A stretch of DNA of 64,000 nt from Mizuhopecten yessoensis (lineage: Eukaryota), in assembly GCF_002113885.1 (NCBI RefSeq), contig NW_018408710.1:491902-555901 (forward strand), read 5' to 3'. The stretch's first letter is position 1; each line of letters opens with the position of its first letter. Made by a program: the position numbers and the translations under genes. This document shows positions 1-12,429 of the stretch, in pieces. Under the pieces are notes generated by a model. The model did not search any database, was not told the origin of the DNA, and saw nothing but the letters and a program-made list of their open reading frames with translations.

Positions 1-1592
1 GCTATAAAGTGATGTATCTGTGCCGACGACAAACCTGTTATTCCGGTATGTTATACCATAGCATCCTTTAGTCGTCATTGACAACTTAATTGTTGATGTA
101 AGGGTCAACTTTAAGTCCTCCACACTGACTATACATATGGTGTCCTCCCGCAGCATCACTGCTACTGTGTTGTCGTCAACTTGACATAGATCTACAGGCG
201 TCCCATCCATACTGATGTTACATAGGAAGTCTCCGTTTTCTGTAAATAGCTTGATATTTTTGTTCGCCCAGTCCCCTAAGACAATGAAGCCACCATGTAG
301 GTATACAATCCCACAGGAAAAGCTGTCTGATTTATCAGAAGGAAGTTTGATATTGAACTTTCGCATTATCCTCAGTTGTCTTTCAGACAATGGCACACTC
401 AAGGTAGTTGTAGGCGGATTTCTCTGTTGTTTATCAACAACTATCTTCCCCATGGTAAGATCAGTGTTTGTGTCGAAAGTTTGTGTGTCATACTCATGTC
501 TCAGGGTGGTGGATACTGACGATTTCTCCAGTTCCTGTATCAGTCCCTTACAGGATGCGACCTCAGCTCGCCCTCTCTGAAACAGACAAATCGTCCCTAC
601 CGTGTCGTCTGTCATTGTTGCTTCTTCGGATGACGTCAAAGTGTTTTGCATAGCGAACATCAGCCGTTCACATTGCTGTCTCGATAATTCCAGATTTGCC
701 TTTTCGTCCTTAAAGTGTGTATCAGTTTGTCCGTCAGCTCTTTCTGTAGCGTATCGAACCTCCGATCAATGTTTTGGCGAAGATCTGTTAAACTTTTCAG
801 TGCAGTGTCTTGATCATAGGAAATGGACTGAAGTTGTTCGCCAATATCTTTAATCAGCGTCTCCATGGCTTCTGTGCATTCATGAAGCAGGTCCATTAGA
901 TCATCGATCTTGGAGCTGTTTCTGAGTTTGTCCCGCGACTCTTCTATCGACATCACCACTTCACACTTCCGGTGGTCGACGATGATGCATTTGCTACATC
1001 CAAGGAGCTGGTGGTCCTCGCAGTAATACTCTATTTTCTCATTATGCTTTCCACAATCGTTAGGCGAGACCTCTCGACGCATTTTGGCTGACATGTTTAC
1101 GTCCGCGATGTCCTTCGGTTCGCATTCTTCATGAAACATGTCATGGTGGTCTACTTTGCAAGCTGCACAGAAGAAAGTTTTGTACTGTTCGCACCAGAAT
1201 TTCACTGGCACATTCATTTTTCCTTTCTTTGCGCAAGGTCTGCATGCTGTTGGCTCACTTGTCTTCTGCGACAGTTTGATCATTTCTACAGCCAAATGAT
1301 TGGTTGGGAACTGTTCGGCCCAGGTTTCCTTAGCTTCTGATTGGCTCACAGGCTCAGTGACCTTCCGGCAAACAGGACAGGAGAAAGAAGACGCTGACAC
1401 CGTCTTACCTGACAATTCTTTTGTGATGTAACTTCCCAGGCATTCCTGGCAGAACAAATGCAGACAGGGCAGGGACTTGGGATGTCTCAGCTGCTCCAGA
1501 CAGATGGGACATTCCAGTAGCTGGGAGTCCAGGGACTGGCGTCTTTCTCCTTCTATCGACGACGGTTGATGACGTGGTCCACCTTCCGCCAT
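1..1592 (-). pseudogene. TRIM-NHL-like E3 ligase, copy 1; frameshifted, 3' end outside the window
   Basis: Near-identical to 12841-14433 (offset 12840, then 12841). One T is missing at ~720/721 (taaagtgtgt-atcag vs taaagtgtgtTatcag in copy 2), so the ORF stops at 660 after RING, B-boxes and part of the coiled coil. The propeller-coding sequence continues in another frame to position 1. Confidence 0.85.
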
Positions 1593-3317
1593 ACTGACTG
1601 GGGCGTCACTGCTACGATATTACCTTGAACAGAAAGAGATGATTTTAAAATCTTAACTACATACATATGTGGCACCCTGTTACATTTGTCAATTAATTTA
1701 AATTCTTTATAATCCTAAGATTCAGTTAAAATATATTGAGTCTAATCAGTATTACTTTGTATAATATTGTGTCGTCGATTTTAATCAGTAATCCGCGCTC
1801 CGCATCCGCAGTCGCCTATTCTCGTGTGTTACTTTCGTTTTGATTGGACTGTATGTGAGTGTGACGTAATTGTGTATGCTATTGTATACCTGTTTGACCA
1901 GTGACAAACTGATCTCTGACACTTGTCGCATTGCATGATATTTCCTGCGTTTATGTTTTCTTCGCTTGCTTCTCTATCCTTTCTTTTCTAGTCACTTCCT
2001 ATCTGCTCCTCGTAGAGGCAACATCGCCATATATATATACATTACAGAATATAGAGAGATATACGTACAGAACTTTTCAACATGATTATACTAGTGGATT
2101 CCCGGGGGTACCACATACAGAGTAAGCTATAAGTCAACTAAGCTATTGTTAAACTTAATAGATAATAAATTTATTTGGAATTGCTATAATTTCTCAAATG
2201 TACTTATGAGTGTGGTTATTTGGCAAGGTGAATACGTATACTTTCCTTATTTAACACCGATATTTTACTTCGTTGTAAGTTACTAAATGTTATATCCAGT
2301 GTTATGTGAACCATATTCATGTGTAGTTTTCTAGGCTACTTCTTTAAATAATTGTTTTATCACTTTATAGCTTTTAAAAAATATCGTGCGTTTCAATGTA
2401 AATTGTCCATTTGATAAATGTATTGTTAGGCGAGTTCGTTTCTGTATATTATCTCATGTGTGTTAAATATTGTTACAGGGAAATAAATAACCCACTGAAA
2501 TCAAGGCATTTGGTACTCGTCGTCTTCTGTAAGAGAACCCAAACACCACACATACACCGTTTTTTGAAAATCAGTTTGACCGAGACGGAGACAATTGTCA
2601 GAGCCTGAACCATGTGTCATCGATTCTTAATAACCTTGATTTCATCTTACATGTAACCGTCAGTGGAGACGGTGTTACAGTGTTACAGTGTTTCAGTGGT
2701 ACACGGCTCTTAACTTTATACATCTTGCATGTAACCATCAGCGGAGAAGGTATAACAGTGATACAGGAAAGATGGCTCTTAACTTTATACCAGTCTAATC
2801 ATGTTATTTATAATGTTTAAATGAGTAGGAAAAGGACGATATATATTACCACACCCTTCACAGGCGTGTCTCCCTTTTTAGCCGGGAAAGAAAAGCTTGT
2901 CACCCCCTAGGGGGAGATAGCCTCGTGCTGATTAGCACGTGTTCAATTGTGACGTCATTAAAATGCGTCATCGGTAATTGTTACGTCATCAAAAGTGAAT
3001 GACGATATGCATACCCCACATGTGTTTTTGTTTACAAACATGGCAGCCTACTGTCGGTGGAGCTCTGACTGAAATAATAGGATGGGAGAAAAATAATTAT
3101 CCCCTACGCATACCTAGAGGGTGTAAAAGAGAAATCTCTAACACTTGTCGTGATTATTTTGGTTGTCTAACCCTCCAGGCACGATAGGTTAACCTATAAC
3201 TTATAGCATTCACATTCAGTTAATAATAACTTGAACAACTACGTGTATATTGATTTATAAATACATAGTTTCTTTATTTTACAACAATATAAAACAACTT
3301 TTCCCAATTTGTTTTAA

Positions 3318-3467
3318 TTGCTCTTGTTGCCCCTGGAAGCGTGCGGAAGCCGGAGGATCAAGAGAAAACCACGTGGTAGGGCAGGTGACCCACTACCTTT
3401 TCGTTGTCCGATCGGAGAAATGAATCCCGGCCGTCTTGGTGAATGGCGAGTGAGTGAGCAAACTACT
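3318..3467 (-). mobile_element. Degenerate SINE of the same family as 63295-63499 (duplicated at ~17119-17258)
   Basis: Shares gggcaggtgaccc..taccttttc..tccgatcgg..cccggccg.cttggtg with the 63.4-kb copy. Confidence 0.6.
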
Positions 3468-4168
3468 CAGTAATCAGTATAATCAATGTAGCACTTTTAA
3501 ATAATTACCCAGAATATAAATGCAACTAATTCATCCTAACCAAACCATTGGAGCTTTAAATGTATGGGTAGAACTACAATCCATGTAGCACTTTTAGTTA
3601 CTCATACATGAGCCAAACCATTATCCTTAACCCCATTCAGCATTCCAAACCAAGTCCATAAAGCGTATATAAATGTAGGTCAAATTCAGTGCGCGGCACA
3701 TGCACTCAAGGTAGAATCACCTGTTGCATCATTGATGCAGGTATAATCTATGTAGCATAGTTACTCAGATATGACTAAATAAGTATTCCTAACCAGCCTC
3801 ACGGGCGGACGGTCGAAGGGACGGAACGTTGGACGCCATTTTCATATCCCCTAACAACGAAGGGTATCATAACTGGTAAAATCATCACGAATATAGAGAT
3901 GTACACTGTATCTCTTGTTGAGGAATATCAGATATCATCCAAACGGATGAAAAATTTGATATTTCAGCAAATTATTAATTTTTTCGAGCGGAAATGAATT
4001 CGTTATGATGTATTTTCGTTTCACATATATCTATCATTATGATGTCATACAACTCTATTTATAATACTTCCTGAAATAAATAAAGACATACAAAGAAATA
4101 AAGTTATTTAGCTTTTACATATGCTTAGTACATATGTACCAGGAGTTCTTCTTTATCTGTGTACTTAC

Positions 4169-4310
4169 GTTTTAGTCTTTGTTTAAGCGACTAGTACAGC
4201 TCCCTTTCTCGTCACGCTTGTCATCATTTTGACCCTTGGAATTCGACCAAGGTGTGTGTCTAAATCTTAAACCGGAATACACGAATCACCCGTCTGAAGT
4301 CCGGAAATAT
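4169..4310 (-). promoter_or_regulatory. Putative non-coding exon 1 and core promoter of TRIM copy 1 (intron 1624-4168)
   Basis: Acceptor tctttctgttcAAG lies 31 nt before the ATG. Donor AAAAC|GTAAGT at 4168 sits in a block conserved in all three copies, with two CCGGAA (ETS-like) motifs. The 5' boundary is approximate. Confidence 0.55.
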
Positions 4311-5469
4311 ACACGCATGCGTACAGTATGCTCTTGTTCAGTTATTATTGGTTTCAGGTATTGTTTTTATAAAATGTAATAGTTTAAATGTTATGTAGTA
4401 TATAATTGTGATATATACATTGTATTACGTAATATTGTGATAATGGTGTCTCATAGGTCAACACTGGCCGGACATTTCTCATAGGTCAACACTGGCCGGA
4501 CATTTCTTATGCATAGTTTTTAAACACTGTAAAAAAGTATTTGATGGTACATGCATGTATTTAAATGTGTGACACGTTAATTAAATATTTATTATTATAT
4601 CATTAATATCATGTAATATGAATAAAATAAATAAATTGATTCCTAAACAGTGTTAAAGAGAAAAATATCCGGTACAGTAATTATTATCTCGATATCAACA
4701 GTACGTACGATGGTGCTAGCACGTGTTTCAGCCGGTAGCTTTTTTCAAGCTTACGTTGTTGTTATGGTAATGTAATACATTCTCATTGATAGCAAGTGAC
4801 TGTAATCAACAACAAATTACTTCAAAAGAATTTCAAAAGCATTTCTCTGTGATTTTAGAGTACGGAAAGTGATGACCTGACTTTAATTTCTTACATTTTA
4901 TAAAATTGTGTTTCGTTTTAAATGAATGATTTACAACTTTTCTCCAACACATGTGTAAAACAATTTTTTGAAAAAGTGTGTGTTTGCGATGTTTATTAAA
5001 AGTCCCCTGCTTGCATCCATCCAGGCCGACAAAAATAAGCTAACAAAATAACTTGTTTCATAATGGTTGTTAAATAAGTAAATTTCTGCAAAAATAAAAT
5101 AATAATTACTGCAAATTTCGGCTTTAAGGGATTAGGTGGTCCTAAATGTGTGACTCCATTAGATTTCCTACGTTTCATAGTCTATTCCTAGGTGTTGATC
5201 TCACTTATTCTTTATTCTTTTTTAGATCTTAACTTGTAAATTGAGATAATAGTTGTTCAGATATCTGTACATGTATATACATATCGCTGAGTGTTGTTAT
5301 ATTGTTCTTAATACCAGTATACTTTTAAAAATGTAAATATTTGGTTTTTGTACTAAGGGAACGGTACAGCGTCAGCTAATTATATATAATCCGGTACATG
5401 GCTGATGGTAACGCACGTACTGATACAAAACAGCAATATATATTCACAAAATGTGCCATACACAGGTTG

Positions 5470-5715
5470 AGGTGGGGAAAGAGGTGGTGTGGGGTGGTTG
5501 TCGGGAAGGGAATGGAAGGGAGGGGATTCAGGTTCGTTTTGGTTTGGTTAAGGTTGGAAGGGGGAAGGAGGAGGGGGTGNGAGGGGGAGGGGGTTCTGAC
5601 TCTTTTTGGTTGGGTTAGGGTTGGGAGGGGGAGGGAGTTCTGATTCTTTTTGGTTGGGTTAGGGTTGGAAGGCGGATGGGATTCAGGTTATTTTTGGTTG
5701 GGAGTTGGAAGGGTT
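5470..5715 (+). repeat. G-rich ~44-bp satellite, short version
   Basis: About 5 degenerate units of ggattcaggttcgttttggtttggttagggttgggaggggg. Confidence 0.8.
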
Positions 5716-6420
5716 TCAGTTTTTTTGTTTTTTGTTTTGTTTTAATTTTTTATTTCTCACCCGACACGATTCTCACCCGGGTTCAGGTTCTTTATCTTTG
5801 GCTGCTATTAAAATTGGTTTATGGTCCGATTTCCACGTAAATAAATCAGTTAGAAAGAACGGAATGCCTTAGTTTAATACGAAGTTTTGTGATATCAAGT
5901 CACCTTTATTGTGATACCAATGTAGGTAGCTTTAGTTCGTTAAAGAGATAATCCTTCACTTTATAATGAATAACGGTTATAGTGTGACCGATATATATAA
6001 TGAGTAATCAGATTCAGATTTTTTATTACTTTTGTTTACACATCCGCGGCACATCAAAGTTACTATGTGAATAATATTTAAAAATCAATCCTAACTCGAT
6101 GAAACATGACCGATGTTTATCACGGTAAAAGGTTATTTCTTGCATTTTCAGTAGACACACTTAACTAACAGGACGGGTTCAAAAACTTCAAAGCATCATG
6201 GAAACTTCCGGTAACTGAAAATATAATGCAACGATGGCCTATATATTATATATATATTTTTATTGTAATTTTCAAATACATTGTTATGTTAATTCCTTTT
6301 AATTTGTAAAATAATTAAAAAAATTCCACAATTGGTTCGAAAAAAAGGCTCGTTTAGTGATACCCATTAGAAACTGAGACTATGGCATTTAACACTCGTT
6401 GGATCATGAATGGCAATAAT

Positions 6421-8130
6421 CTAGTCTATGTTATAGGATTTGTTTATCTTAATTTGTGTTTTTTCTTTGATTTATTAGTACTTATGTTGTTATTGAAATC
6501 TTTTTAACATGCTTACTTGCATCCAGTCTATGTAATAGGATTTGTTTTTCTTTGTTTAAGTTATTTATTTAGCTAACAAAATCCTACTAACATGCTTATT
6601 TGCATCCAGTCTGTGTAATAGGATTTGTTTTTCTTTGTTTAAGTTACTTATTTAGCTAAAGAAATCCTTCTAACATGCTTATTTGCATCCAGTCTATGTT
6701 ATAGGATTTGTTTATCTTAAAAAAAAAATTCTTTGATTTATTAGTACTTATTTTGTTATTGAAATCTTTTTAACATGCTTATTTGCATCCAGTCTATGTA
6801 ATAGGATTCGTTTTTCTTTGTTAAAGTTATTTACTTAGCTAACAAAATCCTACTAACATGCTTTTTGCATCCAGTCTATGTTATAGGATTTGTTTATCTT
6901 AATTTGTGTTTTTTCTTTGATTTATTAGTACTTATTTTGTTATTGAATTCTGTTTAACATGCTTATTTGCATCCAGTCTATGTAATAGGATTTGTTTTTC
7001 TTTGTTTAAGTTCCTTATTTATCTAAAGAAATCCTACTAACATGCTTATTTGCATCCAGTCTGTGTAATAGGATTTGTTTTTCTTTGTTTAAGTTACTTA
7101 TTTAGCTAGAAATCCTACTAACATGCTTATTTGCATCCAGTCTATGTTATAGGATTTGTTTATCTTAATTTGTGTTTTTTCTTTGATTTATTAGTACTTA
7201 TTTTGTTATTGAAATCTGTTTAACATGCTTATTTGCATCCAGTCTATGTAATAGGATTCGTTTTTCTTTGTTTAAGTTATTTACTTAGCTAACAAAATCC
7301 TACTAACATGCTTTTTGCATCCAGTCTATGTTATAGGATTTGTTTATCTTAATTTGTGTTTTTTCTTTGACTTATTATTACTTAGTTTGTTATTGAAATC
7401 TTTTTAACATGCTTATTTGCATCCAGTCTATGTAACAGGATTTGTTTTTCTTTGTTTAAGTTATTTATTTAGCTAACAAAATCCTACTAACATGCTTATT
7501 GCATCCAGTCTATGTTATAGGATTTGTTTTTCTTTGTTTAAGTTACTTATTTATCTAAAGAAATCCTACTAACATGCTTATTTGCATCCAGTCTATGTAA
7601 TAGGATTTTCTTTTCTTTGTTTAAGTTACTTATTTAGCTAACAAAATCCTACTAACATTATTATTGCACCCAGTCTATGTTATAGGATTTGTTTTTCTTT
7701 GCTTAAGTTACTTATTTATCTAAAGAAATCCTACTAACATGATTATTTGCATCCAGTCTATGTTATAGGATTTGTTTGTCTTTGTTTAAGTTACTTATTT
7801 ATCTAAAGAAATCCTACTAACATGCTTATTTGCATCCAGTCTATGTAATAGGATTTTCTTTTCTTTGTTTAAGTTACTTATTTAGCTAACAAAATCCTAC
7901 TAACATTATTATTGCATCCAGTCTATGTTATAGGATTTGTTTTTCTTTGTAAAAGTCACTTTTTTAGCCGAAGAAATTATACTAACATGCTTATTGCATC
8001 CAGTCTATATAAAATCAGTTATTTTCGGTGTTTGTTTTAATAGCTTATCTCTGGTATTTGCATCCAATATTTTCAGTGACTTACTTAGATACAGAAACCC
8101 AATAAATATGCTTATTTGCATACAGTCCTA
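6421..8130. repeat. AT-rich composite satellite (~82- and ~101-bp units); short version at ~21896-22280
   Basis: Recurring aacatgcttatttgcatccagtctatgtaataggatttg...aaatcctact. Confidence 0.9.
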
Positions 8131-8504
8131 GTAATTGGGGCTAGCTCAGTATTGAGTTAATATAAATACAACCACCAATGGCGAAGATTTCATGATTGAG
8201 GAATTATTGAATTCTTAAAACATACATAGGAAATAATATTATAAATAGTAATACTTCTACCACTGGCTTTGTATTAATAAAGAAAATGATGTTTGTAAAA
8301 CCTATAGATTTTTCATCTCATTTTGAGACTTATATCGTGGGTTCCGTAAAACCGACTTTGAAATTGAATTCGCCCAAATGTGTTTCAAAAGGTAATCTTC
8401 CCAAATTTCTAAAGGTTTTCGAGGTTTTCATTCTATGTTCAAATATATAACCTACAACCAATCACTAAAACATTACACAAATGCGTAATAGCATAAATAC
8501 CGTC

Positions 8505-8670
8505 GAATGACTGAGCTAAGATAAGAATCAAATTTCATATATATTTAGTTAAGATAAGAATCAAATTTCATTTATATTCAGTCAAGATAAGAATCAAATT
8601 TCATTAATATTCAGTCAAGATAAGAATCAAATTTTATTTATATTCAGTCAAGATAAGAATCAAATTTCAT
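8505..8670. repeat. 33-bp minisatellite (duplicated at ~22670-22865)
   Basis: About 5 units of gtcaagataagaatcaaatttcatttatattca. Confidence 0.85.
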
Positions 8671-8759
8671 GTATACATGAAATTTAAGGTATGTTTTACA
8701 AGTGCAGTGTATATTAACTTGAATGAGCACTTTTACTCGACGACAGTCAATGTTGACAT

Positions 8760-9600
8760 CGGCAGGGACGCTAATGAAAAAAGGTAGTATCTGCTCCGAC
8801 TTTTTGTCACTACTACAAAGTATTAAAAACCGGAACTTTAACAACAATCTCGTACAAAATATTGCCCTTTGTATTAACAGAATCTTAGTTTTCTGTCAAC
8901 TGATCTTGATTTGGATTCCCGGCCATGTCGGAATTAATGGAAATGAAAAAGTGGATACAGCTGCTAAGGCAGCACTTAACCTCAATACGAAAGAAATCAA
9001 ACTGCCTTATTTTGATTTCAAACCTTGAATAGCGAATTTTATTAAAACGATTTTGCAAAAGAAGTGGTCTGAAGAAATGAAAAATAAGTTGTTTTCAATT
9101 CAACCTAATGAAGCTATATGTTCATGTGCAAAAGGTAGTGCAGACCGCAGAGAGGAAGTTGTCCTCTCGCGACTACGCATAGACAATACCTACATCACAC
9201 ATAGTTATATATTACAGAAAGAAGACCATCGTTACTGTCATGCATGTGATCAACCATTTACAGTCAAACATTTTATGATTGAATGCGCTGATTTCAAACA
9301 AATACGCGACAGATTTTATAATGTACCCTCTATGAAACGTTTATTTGATACAGTTTCTGTGCAATCAATCTATGATTATTTACATTCAATCAATCTCTAT
9401 ACGATATGATACATTTTTATAAACAATTCGTTTGTTATTGATATATTTTGACATCTTTTACACATTTTAACCTTTTCTTTCTGGTTTTTATGTACATGTA
9501 TTCATTTTTTTGTCAATGCTTATTTTTTTCATCGTTGTTTGGCTTTTATTGATTCAAAGTGTCGAGTGGTCGTTAAACAATAGAAAACAAACAAACAAAC
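8760..9600 (+). mobile_element. 3' fragment of an RNase H-bearing LINE (I-clade-like)
   Basis: RNase H motifs ICSD...WIPGHVGINGNEKVDTAAK and C-terminal LSRLRI...CHACDQPFTVKHFMIEC, with an in-frame stop and an (AAAC)n tail. Confidence 0.85.
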
Positions 9601-9709
9601 ACGGTCTGCTTATTGTGATTCACCACCATGATACATAGGTTAGCCATTAAACCAGCCGTGTGGTGGTAAGTGCCGTATAAACAAGATGTTCAGTTAATAT
9701 TTTAAAGCA

Positions 9710-11690
9710 GTCAAGTATATTAGTCACTTATCTTATTACATCAAAGTATATAAGTACATTTTTTTAAAACATCAACTTATCTCAAGCCACTTATTTTATT
9801 ACATGAAAGAATACAAGTCACTTATTTTATTACATCAACGTTTGTCAGTCAGCTATTTTATCTCATCAAAGTATGTAAGTCACTTATCTTATTACATCGA
9901 AGTATACTAGTCACTTATTGTATGATATCAAAGAATGTTAGTCACTTATTTTATGATGTGAAAGTATACTAGTCACTTGTTTTATTACATCAAAGTATAT
10001 TTGTTACTTATTTTATTTAACCACTCACTGATCTTATACTCAGTCGCTCAACTCATAGCATCAAAGGATATCAGCCGTTTCTAATATTAAAAACACACAC
10101 TATATTCCAGTCACTTATAACATCAAAGTAAAAACGGGCTACGGCGTAACTGGTTATAGGATGGTTAGTGACATCATGTATATAGAACTAGATAGGGATA
10201 TGAGAAAGAAATACAGGGATAAAGCGTTTGGCTAAATTGACATTCTATTTGCATACTCAAGCATATCTCAATTGTAGCTCCATCTATATTTAGGCTCCAA
10301 CTGGTCACAAAACTATCAATACCTAATAATTGGTGCAAAGTAACACTAAACCATAGGGAAACATTGAACCAGAGTAACATTTAACAACATGATAGCACTA
10401 AACCAAAGGGTACCACAACACCACAGGGTAACATTTAATCATAGAATTACAAACTAATTCTAAAGAACAGGGTAACACTTAAAAACACGAGGTTACACTA
10501 AACCACACGATAACACTTAACGACAGGGTAATACTATTCCACGGGGTTACACTAAATCACGGAGTAACAACATTGAACCACATGATAACAATAAAACACA
10601 GGGTAACACTAAACCATAGGCTAATATTCATTCAAGGGGTAACACTCCACCACAGGGTAACATTAAACCAAAGGGTTACACTAAACTACAGAGTAACACT
10701 AACCCACAGGTAACGTTAAACCACAGGATGGCACTCCACCACAGAGTAAGACTAAACCACAGGTAACACTAAATCACATGATAACACAAAACAACCACAA
10801 GGTAACACTCAAACAATGGGTTACAGTAGACCATAGGGTAAAACTCATCCACCGGATATCACTAACCATAGTCTAACACTAAACCACCTAGTGGTGTAAA
10901 ATGTACCTAATACGCAGACAGACCCTTGTAGTAAAACACGACTGGTTATGCCATGAACATCTGGTACACTTACAACCCGGTAGTGTAAACAGTATCTGGA
11001 CTACAGAATAACCAACGAGTGATGTAGACCGCAGTTGTTATGCAGACAAACCTTTATAGTGAGACACGACACTAAACCACCCAGTGATCTAGACCATACC
11101 TTGTATGTAGACAAGTCCTTATAGTGAGACACGACACTAAATCATCCAGTGATGTAGACCATGCCTTGTATGTAGACAAGTCCTTATCGTGACACACGAC
11201 ACTAAACCACCCAGTGATGTAGACCATACATTGTATACATACAAGCCCTTATAGTGAGGCACGACACTAAACCATCCAGTGATCTAGACCATACATTGTA
11301 TACATACAAGCCCTTATAGTGAGACACGACACTTAACCACCCAGTGATGTAGACCATACATTGTATACATACAAGCCCTTATCGTGACACAGGACACTAA
11401 ACCACCCAGTGATCTAGACCATACATTGTATACATACAAGCCCTTATAGTGAGGCACGCCACTTAACCACCCAGTGATGTAGACCATACATTGTATACAT
11501 ACAAGCCGTTATAGTGAGACACGACACTTAACCACCCAGTGATGTAGACCATACATTGTATACATACAAGCCCTTATAGTGAGACACGACACTTAACCAC
11601 CCAGTGATGTAGACCATGATTGGTATGCAAACAAAACCCTTATAGTGAAACACTACACTAAACCACCCAGTGATCTAGACCGTAGTTGGT
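9710..11690. repeat. Stacked minisatellites: ~31 bp (9710-10020), 18 bp (10335-10890), 65 bp (11000-11690)
   Basis: Units agtcacttattttattacatcaaagtat, gggtaacactaaaccaca, and cccagtgatgtagaccatacattgtatacatacaagcccttatagtgagacacgacacttaacca. Confidence 0.88.
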
Positions 11691-12429
11691 TGTTGGTATC
11701 AATTTTGTTAGGAACCGATGGTCCTTTTACGTTCTTGTTCCTGCAATCCGGTCGTCTAAAAGTCTACCCATTGTGTTGGTTGGTTGTTTGGTTTCAATCA
11801 TAACATTGAAAGGACAGACGGAAACTGATCACCTACTTAAGTGAGGTCATGCCAGATAAAACTCAACCTTTGGGATTACATTCTTGAATGTATGACCCTC
11901 AGGTGAAACAATCCCGAAGATTGGCCCCTGGATTAAGATTTTTCTGTCTTACCCTCACAGTAGAGGAGGAACCCGGGCCCATCAATCTACTGTGAGAAGC
12001 TGTACGATCGTCGCCATAAGCTGGTTTTAACTGAAGGTCTCGGTGTCTGCAATTATTAAATGTAAACATCTAACGCAGCCTATATTGTTAGAGCGACTCT
12101 TGACTTGACAGGTGCCATCACGATGGCAGGAACAGGTAGAAACAGTAACCCTTCCACAAATTCCCATTCGCCTTGCTTATAGACTAGTATATCATAATGT
12201 CTTACTGTTGTTTTTGTTTCTGACCGGTTACTGTTGTTCTTTTAAAGAGTAACCCCCTAACGTGCACGTTCCGATTTTCTTTGATGTGTTGGCGGCATGG
12301 AATTGTTGTCTAGTCAACTTACAATTTCTTCACAACGTGTTTTCTATATTTGTCACTAAGTGTAAAAGTACTTTCAATTTCAGTACGACCTAAACCGCAA
12401 CTTCATGTAGAGGGGTATGTTGGTATGAC

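Noticed and set aside
215-1340. Plus-strand ORFs repeated at 13055-14181 and 26788-28005
   Set aside because: They are antisense shadows of the TRIM CDS and recur only because the gene is duplicated.
8723-9409. Host RNase H gene
   Set aside because: It is truncated, interrupted by a stop, and followed by a LINE-type C-terminus and simple-repeat tail.
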